From assembly GCA_036229005.1 (NCBI GenBank), contig JAZAMN010000035.1, positions 1 through 50,101 on the forward strand: DNA of 50,101 bases, given 5' to 3'. Origin of the DNA: Myxococcota bacterium. Its GTDB lineage: Bacteria > Myxococcota_A > UBA796 > CAJQPC01. The notes beneath the pieces were generated by a model. It saw nothing but the letters and a program-made list of their open reading frames with translations, was not told the DNA's origin and made no database searches. Positions within the stretch are counted from its first letter, which is position 1; each line of letters opens with the position of its first letter. Made by a program: the position numbers and the translations under genes. This document shows, in pieces, positions 25,622 to 35,211 of this stretch.

Positions 25622-27574
25622 TCAAGCGCCGCAGTCCCAGGTCTCCCAGACCATGGTGCGGAGGACGTACCGGGCTTCCCCCTGCGTGACGATCAGCTCG
25701 GAGGCGTTGACGTAGCCGCAGTCGGGCTCGGTGAGGCTGCGCAGGCGGAGCTCGGGCTGCGGTGGGGTTTGGGGGTCCTTCGCGGCGGGCGGGCTCCAGG
25801 TGAGCTGGCGGGCCCAGGGCTCGTAGTCCTTGGGGACGAAGGGGGTCTTGTCGTCGATGGTCGGTGGGGTCGAGACGGCCTCGAGCAGAGGGCTGCCCGG
25901 GCTCTCGTCGATCAGCAGCAGGAAGCGGATGTGCACCAGCGCCTGGAAGGGGTGGCTGTCCGCGCAGCTCTGCAGCTCCTTGAGGGCGGCGGGGTCGACC
26001 TTCGCCCGGAGCCTCCCGGTGGCCGGCTCGTAGCGGAGCGCCTCCACCTGGGTGGGCAGGAAGGCGCCCGTGCAGGGGTTCAGGACCGCTCCGGGCAGGG
26101 CGCGGTCGAAGACGGCCGCGCTCAGGTCCTGGGTGAGCTGGAACCGCCCCGCGGGGAAGCCCGAGCCGGAGGTCCCCAGGGTCTCGCCGGCCTGGCCGCC
26201 GTGGAAGAGGATGCCGTCGCCGTCGGGGACGATGGGGAGCAGGTGGACGCCGCTCGGTGCCGGCTGGGTGCCCTGGGCCTTTCCAAAGTGCTCGGCCAGC
26301 ACGGTCGCGATGTGTTCGCTGGGGGCCGGCCCTCCCTGCTCGGGGAGAGGGCGGAACAACGGGCTCTCGTTCAGCAGGGCGGCGCTGCTGTGGTGGCGGT
26401 AGGCGCTCTCGGGGGCCAGCGCGAGGGTCCAGGTCGCCAGGCGCACCGGCAGGGATTGGTCCGCGCTTCGCTCCAGGTCGGAGAGCGTCGGGCCTTCGGT
26501 GGGGCGCAGGCCGACGCAGTAGTCGTCGTAGAAGGGGCGCAGGTAATACCCGGGCAGGCCGGCCTGCTGGTTTCGGTTCAAGGCCTCCTGGACCCCGGGG
26601 TAGCCGCCTGTCTCGCCCTCCCGGGGCATCGCCGCGACACAGTAGCCACCGCGCATGTGGTCTGGCAGCGGGGTCGGAGCCGGGCGCGTCTCGGCCAGCA
26701 GCTTCCGGAACACCCACCCCACCTGGTCGGCCGCCCGCACCAGCTCCCAGTCGCCGTGGGTGTGCAGAGCCTGGACGCACATGCCCCAGGGCAGCGCCGA
26801 GATCACCTCGCCGGACCGAGAAGGCAGGGATCGCAGGAAGAGCTGATCCCCGGTGGTGTGGCGGGCTGTCTCCGATTTCAAGCAGTCTTCTTCTTTCAGG
26901 AGAAGAGGGGTTGGGACGTGCTGGGAGATGCCGACCCTCACCACCTGGGGCTGGTCGCTCTGCAGGTCCAGCCAGAGCGCGACTTCGTCGCCCGCGAAGG
27001 CGAGGAGATCGGCCTGCTGACCGCTCGTCTCGCGCCGTTCATCCTGGAGCTTGGTGGGACCGTCGGGCCCCATCGAGAAGAGCTGGAAGCGGAGCTGGCC
27101 GTCGTCGTAGAGATCGACCTCGAAGGCCGCCATCAGGGCGCCGTTGGGGGACAGGGTGGGGGTGCCCTTGACGTGGACCGGGGCGTCGCCGCGGGGGTCG
27201 TAGATCAGGGTTGCGCCCTGCTCGCCGTACCAGGAGGTGTACCCGACGTAGAGCTGCGCTTCGGGGACCCAGACCACCCCGTGGAAGGCCTGGTGGGGGT
27301 AGGTGCCCAGCTCCAACCAGCCGCCGTCCGCGCGCTGGAGGGCCAGGCTTGGGGTCCAGACGTTGGGCTCGCTGGTGGGCTTGGACTCCATCCAGCGGAC
27401 GCGCTCGGCGCTGCCGGACTGGAGGGCCAGACACTCGGGGGCAGGGCTGTCGCTGGGGTTGGGGCTGCGGGTGCAGCGCAGGGCGGTCTCCATGGCCCGG
27501 TTGATGGCCGCGACGTCGGCTGGCGCGGCGGGTTTGGGGCTCAGGGTGGTGGCCAGCAGGAGGAGGGACAGCAT
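25622..27574 (-). CDS. Secreted protein containing an SH3b-like domain
   Basis: Signal peptide; LFLRSLPSRSGEVISALPWG...GDWELVR...GWV. Confidence 0.7.
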   Translation of the reverse strand: MLSLLLLATTLSPKPAAPADVAAINRAMETALRCTRSPNPSDSPAPECLALQSGSAERVRWMESKPTSEPNVWTPSLALQRADGGWLELGTYPHQAFHGVVWVPEAQLYVGYTSWYGEQGATLIYDPRGDAPVHVKGTPTLSPNGALMAAFEVDLYDDGQLRFQLFSMGPDGPTKLQDERRETSGQQADLLAFAGDEVALWLDLQSDQPQVVRVGISQHVPTPLLLKEEDCLKSETARHTTGDQLFLRSLPSRSGEVISALPWGMCVQALHTHGDWELVRAADQVGWVFRKLLAETRPAPTPLPDHMRGGYCVAAMPREGETGGYPGVQEALNRNQQAGLPGYYLRPFYDDYCVGLRPTEGPTLSDLERSADQSLPVRLATWTLALAPESAYRHHSSAALLNESPLFRPLPEQGGPAPSEHIATVLAEHFGKAQGTQPAPSGVHLLPIVPDGDGILFHGGQAGETLGTSGSGFPAGRFQLTQDLSAAVFDRALPGAVLNPCTGAFLPTQVEALRYEPATGRLRAKVDPAALKELQSCADSHPFQALVHIRFLLLIDESPGSPLLEAVSTPPTIDDKTPFVPKDYEPWARQLTWSPPAAKDPQTPPQPELRLRSLTEPDCGYVNASELIVTQGEARYVLRTMVWETWDCGA

Positions 27575-27678
27575 GGGGGCTCCGGGGTCGCGGCAGGGGA
27601 TGCAATGCGCGGGCCAAGGATGGAAGGGAGGGAAGGAGCGGCGCTCGGGGTACTCTCCCCACCCCAAAGGAGGCCCCC

Positions 27679-29304
27679 ATGGTGCACGGCGGACGACTTG
27701 TCGCCCAGGCGCTGGCAAAGGAAGGTGTGAGTCACCTCTTCACCCTCTGCGGCGGACACATCCAGCACATCTACGATGGCTGCCTGGACGAGGGCATCCG
27801 GGTGGTGGACTTCCGGCACGAGCAGTCGGCGGGGCACGCGGCCGAGGGCTGGGCGCGCGCCACGGGGCAGATCGGCGTGGCGGCGGTGACCGCGGGGCCG
27901 GGCGTGACGGATGCGGTGACGGCGGCGGCGAACGCCTTCCGGGGCGGGGTGCCGATGCTGCTGATCGGCGGGCAGGGCCCCAGCTTCTTCAAGGAGATGG
28001 GCTCGCTGCAGGAGATGGACCACGTCTCGCTGCTGCGCTCGGTGACCAAGTGGAGCGCCACGGTGCCCGAGACCCGGCGCATCCCGGACTACATCGCGAT
28101 GGCGATCCGCAAGGCGACCACGGGGGTGCCGGGCCCGGTGTTCCTGGAGATGCCCCTGGACATCCTGATGAACATGGTCAAGCCCAGCACCGTGAGCTTC
28201 CCCGAGAACTACCGGACGCAGGCGGCGGTGGGCGGGGACCCGGCCTTCATCGCGCAGGCGGCGGCGCTGCTGGATGGCGCTCAGCGGCCCATGGCCATCG
28301 TGGGGACCCAGTGGTGGTTCTCGCCCTACCGCGAGCAGATCGGGGCCTTCGCGGAGCACTTCGACCTGCCGGTGTTCTGCAACGGCGGCGCGCGCGGGGC
28401 CCTGCCGCCGGAGCACCCCAACAACTTCCGCCTCTGCCGCTCCAAGGCGCTGGCGCAGGCGGACGTGGTGCTGGTCTGCGGGACGCCCTGGGACTTCCGC
28501 CTGGGCTACGGCGCCAAGGTGCCCAAGGAGACCAAGGTCATCCAGGTGGATCTGGACCCAGAGGTCATCGGACACAACCGCGGAGCCGATCTGGGGATCG
28601 TGGCGGACACCGGACTGGCCTTCAAGCAGCTCATCGACGCCAGCGCGGGTGCATCGCAGCACGCGGGCTGGATGGACACGGTGCGCGCCGCGGAGCAGGC
28701 CCGGATGGACAAGATGCTCCCCGAGATGGGCAGCGACGAGGTCCCGGTCAAGCCCCTGCGCTTCTCCAAGGAGCTGGCCGTCGCCATCCCGGCTGACGCC
28801 ACCATCGTCTGTGATGGCGGAGACATCGTGGGCACCGCCGCCAAGCTGGTCGCCACCCACAAGGGCGGCCACTGGATGGACCCGGGCCCCCTGGGGACGC
28901 TCGGCGTTGGACCTGGCTTTGCGATGGCCGCGAAGCTGGCGCGCCCGGACGCTCCGGTGTTCATCATCTACGGCGACGGCAGCTTTGGGCTGAACGGCTT
29001 CGAGTACGAGGCCGCGATCCGGCAGGGCATCCCCTTTGTGGGGGTCATCGGCAACGACGCGGCCTGGACGCAGATCCGGCGCGGCCAGGTCCAGATCTTC
29101 GGTCAGGCGCGCTCGCCCGCGACCGAGCTTGAGTTCACCCGCTACGACAAGATCGTCGAAGCCATGGGCGGGCACGGCGAGTACGTCGAGCGCCCCGAGG
29201 ACATGGGGCCGGCCATCGCGCGGGCCCTGGCCAGCGGCAAGCCCGCCTGCGTGAACGTGAAGATCGGCAGCAGCGACTTCCGCAAGGGGGCCATCTCGGT
29301 GTGA
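27679..29304 (+). CDS. TPP-dependent acetolactate synthase-like / 2-hydroxyacyl-CoA lyase-like (IlvBL) enzyme
   Basis: FTLCGGHI, RHEQSAGHAAEG, VTAGPGVTD, WMDPGPLGTLGVG, GDGSFG...GNDAAW. Confidence 0.9.
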   Translation: MVHGGRLVAQALAKEGVSHLFTLCGGHIQHIYDGCLDEGIRVVDFRHEQSAGHAAEGWARATGQIGVAAVTAGPGVTDAVTAAANAFRGGVPMLLIGGQGPSFFKEMGSLQEMDHVSLLRSVTKWSATVPETRRIPDYIAMAIRKATTGVPGPVFLEMPLDILMNMVKPSTVSFPENYRTQAAVGGDPAFIAQAAALLDGAQRPMAIVGTQWWFSPYREQIGAFAEHFDLPVFCNGGARGALPPEHPNNFRLCRSKALAQADVVLVCGTPWDFRLGYGAKVPKETKVIQVDLDPEVIGHNRGADLGIVADTGLAFKQLIDASAGASQHAGWMDTVRAAEQARMDKMLPEMGSDEVPVKPLRFSKELAVAIPADATIVCDGGDIVGTAAKLVATHKGGHWMDPGPLGTLGVGPGFAMAAKLARPDAPVFIIYGDGSFGLNGFEYEAAIRQGIPFVGVIGNDAAWTQIRRGQVQIFGQARSPATELEFTRYDKIVEAMGGHGEYVERPEDMGPAIARALASGKPACVNVKIGSSDFRKGAISV

Positions 29305-30680
29305 GCAGCTTCCTGGACCACATGAGCGACGCGCACCGCAAGCGCATGTCCGTGCTCGCCGACACCCGCCTGGTCTCCGCCGGGCAGGTGTTGATCGAGC
29401 GGGGTGAGCGCGACCAGGACTTCTACCGGGTCGAGCAGGGCTCCCTGGAGGTCGTGGACACCACCTCCCGGCCGCAGGTGGTGCTGGACGTGCTGGGCGC
29501 CGGCACCTTCGTAGGGGAGATGGCCTTCATCACCCGCCAGCCCCGCACCGCGCAGGTCCGCGCCGCCGAGGACGCGGTGGTCCTGTGCTGGAAGGCCGCG
29601 GTGCTCCAGGCCGAGCTCGCCAAGGACGCCGAGCTGGCCGCCGCGTTCTACAAGGCCGCCGCGCAGCTCCTGAGCCAGCGCCTGAGGGCCACCACCCGGG
29701 CGGCGACGGGCGGCAGCCTGGGGCGGGGGGAGTCCAACACCATGGACCTGGGCGGTGCGCGCGGCCTGGCCGACCGGATCAAGGCCGGCCTGTTGGAGGT
29801 GGAGCGCCTGGTCCGGGAGGACGAGCGGGCCGCCCGCCAGGAGCTGGGGGCGGTCGCCGCGGAGCTCATGGATGCCGGAGGGCGCCTGTTCACCTCGCTG
29901 GGCGAGCGCGAGGCCACCGAGGCCGGCAAGCTGCTCCAGGCCGAGCTCCAGCCCTACCTGCTCCGCTCCCGCACGGGCTCCCTCTGCGCGGAGCTCGGGG
30001 GCGGCGGGGCGCAGGTCCTGGCCCACGTCGAGCTGGGGGAGGCCACTGGCGGAGATGCGCTGGGGCGCCTGCTCGACCGCAGCCTGCTGATGTTGCCGAC
30101 CGCCGTCGCGCTGCGGGCGCGGGTGCAGGCCACCGTGGACGCGGTCGAGTCCGTGCTGCCCGAGGGGAGGGTCCGGGTGCTCTGCATGCCCGTCGGTCCC
30201 GGCACCACCATCGCCCGCCTGCACCCCACGCTGGCCATGCACGGCGGCGAGGTCACCGCTGCAGACGGCAACCGGGACTCCCTGGCCTCTTTGAACACTG
30301 GCGGCACCATCGGCACCGGGCGCGTGCGCATGCGCCTGCTGCACGAAGACCTCGGCCTGCTGGCCGTCAAGGGCAGCAGCACCTTCTTCGGGCCCCAGAA
30401 CGTCGTCGTGCTGGACGGACTCGCGGAGTATCTGCCCACGCGTGTCCTCGCGCACATGCTCCCGGCCCTCAAGCGCTCGCTGGACCGGGATGCGCACTTG
30501 GTGATCAACATGCTGTTGCCCAGCCGAGATCACTTCGTCTTCGATCACCTGCTGGACTGGCGCACCCTGAGGCGCCAGCCCGAGCCGCTGCTTGACCTGC
30601 TCCGCACCCTGGAGTTCGGAGACCCCAAGGTGGTCTGGCAGGAAGGCTCCGCCGCGGTGATCGTCGCCCGCGGAGGCTGA
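29301..30680 (+). CDS. Cyclic nucleotide-binding domain fused to a degenerate SAM-methyltransferase-like domain
   Basis: FVGEMAFITRQPRTAQVRA (cNMP phosphate-binding cassette); C-terminal GLAEYL...FDHLLDWRTLRR. Confidence 0.8.
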   Translation: MSSFLDHMSDAHRKRMSVLADTRLVSAGQVLIERGERDQDFYRVEQGSLEVVDTTSRPQVVLDVLGAGTFVGEMAFITRQPRTAQVRAAEDAVVLCWKAAVLQAELAKDAELAAAFYKAAAQLLSQRLRATTRAATGGSLGRGESNTMDLGGARGLADRIKAGLLEVERLVREDERAARQELGAVAAELMDAGGRLFTSLGEREATEAGKLLQAELQPYLLRSRTGSLCAELGGGGAQVLAHVELGEATGGDALGRLLDRSLLMLPTAVALRARVQATVDAVESVLPEGRVRVLCMPVGPGTTIARLHPTLAMHGGEVTAADGNRDSLASLNTGGTIGTGRVRMRLLHEDLGLLAVKGSSTFFGPQNVVVLDGLAEYLPTRVLAHMLPALKRSLDRDAHLVINMLLPSRDHFVFDHLLDWRTLRRQPEPLLDLLRTLEFGDPKVVWQEGSAAVIVARGG

Positions 30681-30683
30681 GGC

Positions 30684-31094
30684 CTACTTGCTGGCGGCCA
30701 CGGCGGGGTCGGGGAACGCGGTGACCTTGTGGTCGCCCTTGCGGACCTCGGTGATCTTGTTCTTCTCGTCCACCAGCACCACGGTGGGCTCGATGGCCGC
30801 GCCCTCTTCGCCGGTGCAGTACCCGTAGGCGCACAGGATCACCAGATCGCCCGGGTTCACGTGGTGGGCGGCCGCGCCGTTGATCCCGATGATGCCGGAG
30901 CCGCGCTCACCGGGGATGGTGTAGGTCGAGATCCGGCTGCCGTTGGTGATGTCGTAGATGTCGATCTTCTCGCCGGGGATGATCCCCGCCGCCTCGAGCA
31001 GATCGCGGTCGATGGTGATCGAGCCCACGTAGTGCAGATCGGCCTGGGTGACCGTCGCGCGGTGGATCTTGGCGTGGAAGAAGTGTCGAAGCAT
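30684..31094 (-). CDS. panD: Aspartate 1-decarboxylase
   Basis: [22 protein letters not shown] self-cleavage site; [23 protein letters not shown]. Confidence 0.97.
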   Translation of the reverse strand: MLRHFFHAKIHRATVTQADLHYVGSITIDRDLLEAAGIIPGEKIDIYDITNGSRISTYTIPGERGSGIIGINGAAAHHVNPGDLVILCAYGYCTGEEGAAIEPTVVLVDEKNKITEVRKGDHKVTAFPDPAVAASK

Positions 31095-31231
31095 GTCGCT
31101 CTCCTGAGTGGGTCCAGGCCTTTGGGAGGTCCCGGCCTTGGGGGGCGGGCGCGCACTAACGCGCTGCCCTTGTCGTGCACACGCCCCCGACAGTTGCAAG
31201 CACGGGCGCCCTGCCGGGATAGAGGGACGTC

Positions 31232-32044
31232 ATGATCGAGACCATCCAGACCCAGCACGGCATCGTCGGCCGCGAGCGCGAGCTCACCGACCTGCTCGCG
31301 TGCATCCAGGCCGGCCGCCACGTTCTGCTCGAGGGCCCCGTCGGCGTCGGCAAGACCGCCATCGCCAAGGCCATCTCCGCCGCTCTGGGGCGCGGCTTCC
31401 AGCGGGTGGACGGGGACGGCCGCTACACCGAGTCCCGCCTGGTCGGTCAGTTCGACCCGCCCATGGTCCTGGAGCGCGGCTACCAGCGCGAGGCCTTCCA
31501 GCCCGGGCCCCTGCTCCGCGCGATGCAGGACGGCGGCGTGCTGCTGCTCAACGAGCTCAACCGCATGCCCGAGGGCGTCCAGAACGTCCTGCTCCCCGCC
31601 CTGGACGAGGGCCTGGTCCTGGTCCCCCACATCGGCGCGATGCACGCGGCGGACGGCTTCGTGGTCATCGCCACCCAGAACCCCGCGGAGTTTGTCGCCA
31701 CCGGCGATCTGTCCGAGGCGCTGCAGGACCGCTTCGAGCTGGTCAAGCTGGACTATCAGTCCGAGGAGGAGGAGCGGGACATCGTGCTCGGACAGGCTCG
31801 GCACACCCCCTCCGCTGAGATCGTGCAGCGCGCGGTCGCCATCGCCCGCGCGACCCGTCAGGACCCCCGGGTCCGGCGAGGTGCGTCCGTCCGCGCCGCC
31901 ATCGCCATCGCCGACATCGCGGTGAAGCTGGACGGCGACGTCGACCGCGCCGCCGCCTTGGCCCTGCCCACCCGCATCGAGCTGGTGGACGAGCGCGGCG
32001 GCGACTTCCAGTCCCTTCTGGAGGGCTGGAAAAAAAAAGCCTGA
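31232..32044 (+). CDS. MoxR-family AAA+ ATPase (frame-0 product; ends WKKKA* just after an A9 run)
   Basis: GPVGVGKT Walker A, LLLNELNR Walker B variant, ATQNP, LSEALQDRF. Confidence 0.93.
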   Translation: MIETIQTQHGIVGRERELTDLLACIQAGRHVLLEGPVGVGKTAIAKAISAALGRGFQRVDGDGRYTESRLVGQFDPPMVLERGYQREAFQPGPLLRAMQDGGVLLLNELNRMPEGVQNVLLPALDEGLVLVPHIGAMHAADGFVVIATQNPAEFVATGDLSEALQDRFELVKLDYQSEEEERDIVLGQARHTPSAEIVQRAVAIARATRQDPRVRRGASVRAAIAIADIAVKLDGDVDRAAALALPTRIELVDERGGDFQSLLEGWKKKA

Positions 32045-32084
32045 GCGGGGAGCCTGAGTCGGACAAGCCGGCCCCGAAGCCGAC
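32020..32084 (+). other. Candidate programmed -1 frameshift / transcriptional slippage cassette
   Basis: GGAGG (32020-24), A9 run (32030-38) read AAA AAA AAA, stop at 32042-44, and downstream pairings CGGGG/CCCCG and GTCGG/CCGAC. The -1 frame is open into the VWA ORF. Confidence 0.7.
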
Positions 32085-32085
32085 C

Positions 32086-32988
32086 TTGAACCTGACGCGC
32101 ACGGCCACGATGCCGGCCAAGCCCAACCCCAACCAGAAGTTCTCGCCCTTCTTCGAGTCGGACGCGCAGGCCCAGGAGCTGGCCGAGCTGCCCGCCGGCT
32201 GGGAGGCCGCGCAGTCGCTGCACCGCCTCAAGAAGCGCCTGAGCGACAAGGCCCTGCGCATCGTGAGCGAGCGCGCGATCGACGCCATCCTCCAGCGCGC
32301 CAAGGCCCTGCTGCGCCACGCCGCGCACCCCACTCGCCTGACCCGACGGAGCTGGCCGGCTGAAGGGGACCTGGACCTGGACGCCACCCTGGAGGCCCCG
32401 CGGCAGGTCCCCCAGGCGCCCATGACCGCCCCCTTCCAGCCCCACGACATCGTGGTCGCGCGCCAGGAGCCCCGGGACGCGGACGTGGTCGCCATCCTGG
32501 ACATGAGCCTGTCCATGACCGGCGAGAAGATCGCCCTGGTGGCGGTCGCCGCTGCGATCCTGCGCATGAAGTTGGAGAGCGTCGCCATCGTGGCCTTCGA
32601 CACCAACGCCCACGTCCTGGTCCGCCTGGACGAGAGCCTGCCCCTTCGCGAGCTGGTGCGGCGCATCATCATGGTGCCCGCCCAGGGCTACACCCACATC
32701 TCCGCGGGCCTGGAGGCCGGCCTGGAGCAGCTCGCCCGCAGCAAGCGCCGCGAGCGCGTGGGCCTGCTGCTCTCCGACGGCATCTCCAACGTGGGCTGGG
32801 ACCCGGTCCGCGTCGCCCAGCGCTTCCCGGCGCTACACGTGGTCCAGCTCGGCCGCGACCTGCCCCAGGGCTCCAAGACCTGCCGTGACATGGCGCGCGC
32901 CGGCCGGGGACGCCGCTTCCACGCGCCCACCTACGTCGCGCTCCCCAGCGTCGTGAAGCGGGTCATCCGCGAGGTCTTCCGGGTCTGA
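32086..32988 (+). CDS. von Willebrand factor A (VWA/CoxE-like) domain protein in the -1 frame of MoxR; likely the C-terminal part of a MoxR-VWA fusion
   Basis: LDLDATL, ILDMSLSM MIDAS (DxSxS), GYTHIS, LLSDG. No SD precedes the candidate starts, and the frame is open back through the A9 run. Confidence 0.88.
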   Translation: MNLTRTATMPAKPNPNQKFSPFFESDAQAQELAELPAGWEAAQSLHRLKKRLSDKALRIVSERAIDAILQRAKALLRHAAHPTRLTRRSWPAEGDLDLDATLEAPRQVPQAPMTAPFQPHDIVVARQEPRDADVVAILDMSLSMTGEKIALVAVAAAILRMKLESVAIVAFDTNAHVLVRLDESLPLRELVRRIIMVPAQGYTHISAGLEAGLEQLARSKRRERVGLLLSDGISNVGWDPVRVAQRFPALHVVQLGRDLPQGSKTCRDMARAGRGRRFHAPTYVALPSVVKRVIREVFRV

Positions 32989-35201
32989 TGGCTGCACCCG
33001 CTCCCAAGCCTCGGCCCAAGCGTCTGGTGCTCGTCGGCGCCGGCCACGCGCACATCCAGCTCCTGCGCATGCACCTCATGGAGCCGTTCGGCGAGCCCTT
33101 CGGCCTGGAGATCACCCTGGTCGTGGACCGCCCGGTGGCCGTCTACTCGGGCATGGTCCCCGGCGTGGTCGCCGGCCAGTACCGCCCCGACCAGGTCGAG
33201 CTGGACGCCTGGCCCCTGGCGCGCCTGGGGGGCGTGCGCATCGTGGTCGCCGCCGCCACCCGCATCGACCCCGAGCGCAAGCAGGTGCACTGCTCGGGCC
33301 GCCCGCCATTGGACTACGACCTCTGCTCGGTGGACATCGGCAGCACCGTGCGCGGCCTGGAGCTCCCCGGCGTCGCCGAGCACTGCGTGCCCACGCGGCC
33401 CATCAACCGCTTCGTCGAGCGCCTGGAGGCCGACCTGCCCGGCCTGGGCCCCGCGCCCCAGGTGGTCGTGGTGGGCGCCGGCGCCGCGGGCATCGAGCTG
33501 GCCTTCTGCATGCACGCGCGCCTCGTGAGCGCAGGAAAGACGCCCAGGATCCAGCTCCTGGACAAGCACACCCAGCTCCTCGCCGGCAAGTCCGAGCGTC
33601 TGCGGAAGCTCGTCCTCGCTGGCGCCAAGGAGCGCGGAATCGAGGTCATTCAGGACGCCGCCGTGGCCCAGGTGGTGGACCAAGGTGTGCGCCTGCACGA
33701 TGACCGCTTCCTCCCCTCCGAGATGACCCTGTGGGTGACGGGCGCCAAGGCCCACCCCCTCGCCCAGGACAGCGGGCTGCCCACCCAGGACGGCTACCTC
33801 GAGGTCCACGAGACGCTGCAGGTCGTCGGGCACCCCGAGCTCTTCGCCGCGGGGGACTGCTGCCACATGGTGGACCACCCGTGGGTGCCCAAGGCCGGGG
33901 TCTACGCCGTGCGCGCCGGGCCCGTGCTCGCCTTCAACCTGCGCGCCGCGTTGGAGGGCAGGCCGCTGCGCCCCTACCGACCCCAGCGGGACTTCCTGGC
34001 CCTGCTCAACCTGGGGGACGGCAGCGCGATCGGCCACAAGTGGGGCCAGGCCTTCCAGGGCGACTGGGTGTTCAAGTGGAAGGACCGCATCGACCTGGCC
34101 TTCATGGACAAGTTCCGGGTCCTGGATCCCCAGGGGCAGCCCGATCCCGCCTTCCTGCGCGGCATGCCCCCGATGGCTGAGGAGGAGATGGTCTGTGGTG
34201 GCTGCGCGGCCAAGGTCGCACCGGATCACCTCTCGGGCGCCCTCAGCGAGCTGGAGCCGGTCTCCGACGGCGAGGTCATTCTGGGCCTGGACGCCGCCGA
34301 CGACGCCGCCGCCCTCCAGCGCCCCACCGAGGTCATGGTCCAGTCCGTCGACGTCTTCACCGCCTTCGTCGACGAGCCCTTTGTCGTCGGGCAGGTCGCG
34401 GCCTCCAACGCGCTCTCCGACCTCCATGCGACCGGCGTGCAGCCGCGGGTGGCGCTCGCCCTGGTCACCCTGCCCACGGACAGCGACCACGTCGGCACCC
34501 TGCGCCAGGTGATGGCGGGCGTGCGGCAGCACCTGGACGCCGAGGGCTGCACCTTGATGGGCGGCCACACCACCGTCGGCGAGAAGCTCACGGTCGGCCT
34601 GTCCGTGACGGGCTTCGCCCCGGATGGCGCGGCGCTCTGGCGCAACGCCGAGCTCTCCCCCGGGGACCAGCTCATCCTGACGCGCCCCCTGGGGACCGGC
34701 GTGCTCTTCCACGCGGACATGGCCGGCCAGGTCAGCGGCCCCGACGCTCTGGAGGCCCTGCGCTGGATGACCCGCGGCAACGGCCCGGCAGCGCGCGCGA
34801 TCCGAGCCCTCGGCCCCAGCGGCGTGACCGACGTGACGGGCTTCGGATTGGCCGGCCACCTGATCGAGATGCTGCGGCCCAAGGACCTGCACGCGAGTGT
34901 GTCCTCGCAGGCGCTGCCGGTGTTGCCGGGTGTGCTGCGCCTGCTGGCCCAGGGGGTGAGAAGCAGCTTCCACCACCAGAACCGGACCCCCTTCCTCAAG
35001 GTCATCCAGGCCCAGGTCGGCGGCCCCCCTCTGGAGCTGCTCTTCGACCCGCAGACGGCCGGGGGGCTCTTGATCTCGGCGGCCCCGGATCGCGTGGCCC
35101 ACCTCCTGGAAGCGCTGCACGCCGCGGGCGATCAGCACGCCTGTGTCATCGGCGAGGTCACCCGCAGACAGGCTGAGGGGCCCCGAATCACGCTTCGGTG
35201 A
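32988..35201 (+). CDS. selD: Selenide,water dikinase with an N-terminal NDH-2-like FAD/NAD oxidoreductase domain
   Basis: LVLVGAGHAH, VVGAGAAGIE, FAAGDC; then CGGCAAKV, DDAA, QSVDVF, ALSDLHA, GGHT, TDVTGFGLAGHL, DPQTAGGLL. Confidence 0.93.
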   Translation: MAAPAPKPRPKRLVLVGAGHAHIQLLRMHLMEPFGEPFGLEITLVVDRPVAVYSGMVPGVVAGQYRPDQVELDAWPLARLGGVRIVVAAATRIDPERKQVHCSGRPPLDYDLCSVDIGSTVRGLELPGVAEHCVPTRPINRFVERLEADLPGLGPAPQVVVVGAGAAGIELAFCMHARLVSAGKTPRIQLLDKHTQLLAGKSERLRKLVLAGAKERGIEVIQDAAVAQVVDQGVRLHDDRFLPSEMTLWVTGAKAHPLAQDSGLPTQDGYLEVHETLQVVGHPELFAAGDCCHMVDHPWVPKAGVYAVRAGPVLAFNLRAALEGRPLRPYRPQRDFLALLNLGDGSAIGHKWGQAFQGDWVFKWKDRIDLAFMDKFRVLDPQGQPDPAFLRGMPPMAEEEMVCGGCAAKVAPDHLSGALSELEPVSDGEVILGLDAADDAAALQRPTEVMVQSVDVFTAFVDEPFVVGQVAASNALSDLHATGVQPRVALALVTLPTDSDHVGTLRQVMAGVRQHLDAEGCTLMGGHTTVGEKLTVGLSVTGFAPDGAALWRNAELSPGDQLILTRPLGTGVLFHADMAGQVSGPDALEALRWMTRGNGPAARAIRALGPSGVTDVTGFGLAGHLIEMLRPKDLHASVSSQALPVLPGVLRLLAQGVRSSFHHQNRTPFLKVIQAQVGGPPLELLFDPQTAGGLLISAAPDRVAHLLEALHAAGDQHACVIGEVTRRQAEGPRITLR

Positions 35202-35211
35202 GGCTCCTGGG

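Noticed and set aside
32042..32044. Selenocysteine readthrough of the moxR UGA (tempting given the adjacent selD)
   Set aside because: Frame-0 readthrough hits another TGA about 15 codons later and does not reach the VWA frame; the VWA domain is in the -1 frame.
34188..34215. Sec-containing SelD
   Set aside because: The active-site motif is encoded TGT GGT GGC TGC (CGGC); there is no in-frame UGA.
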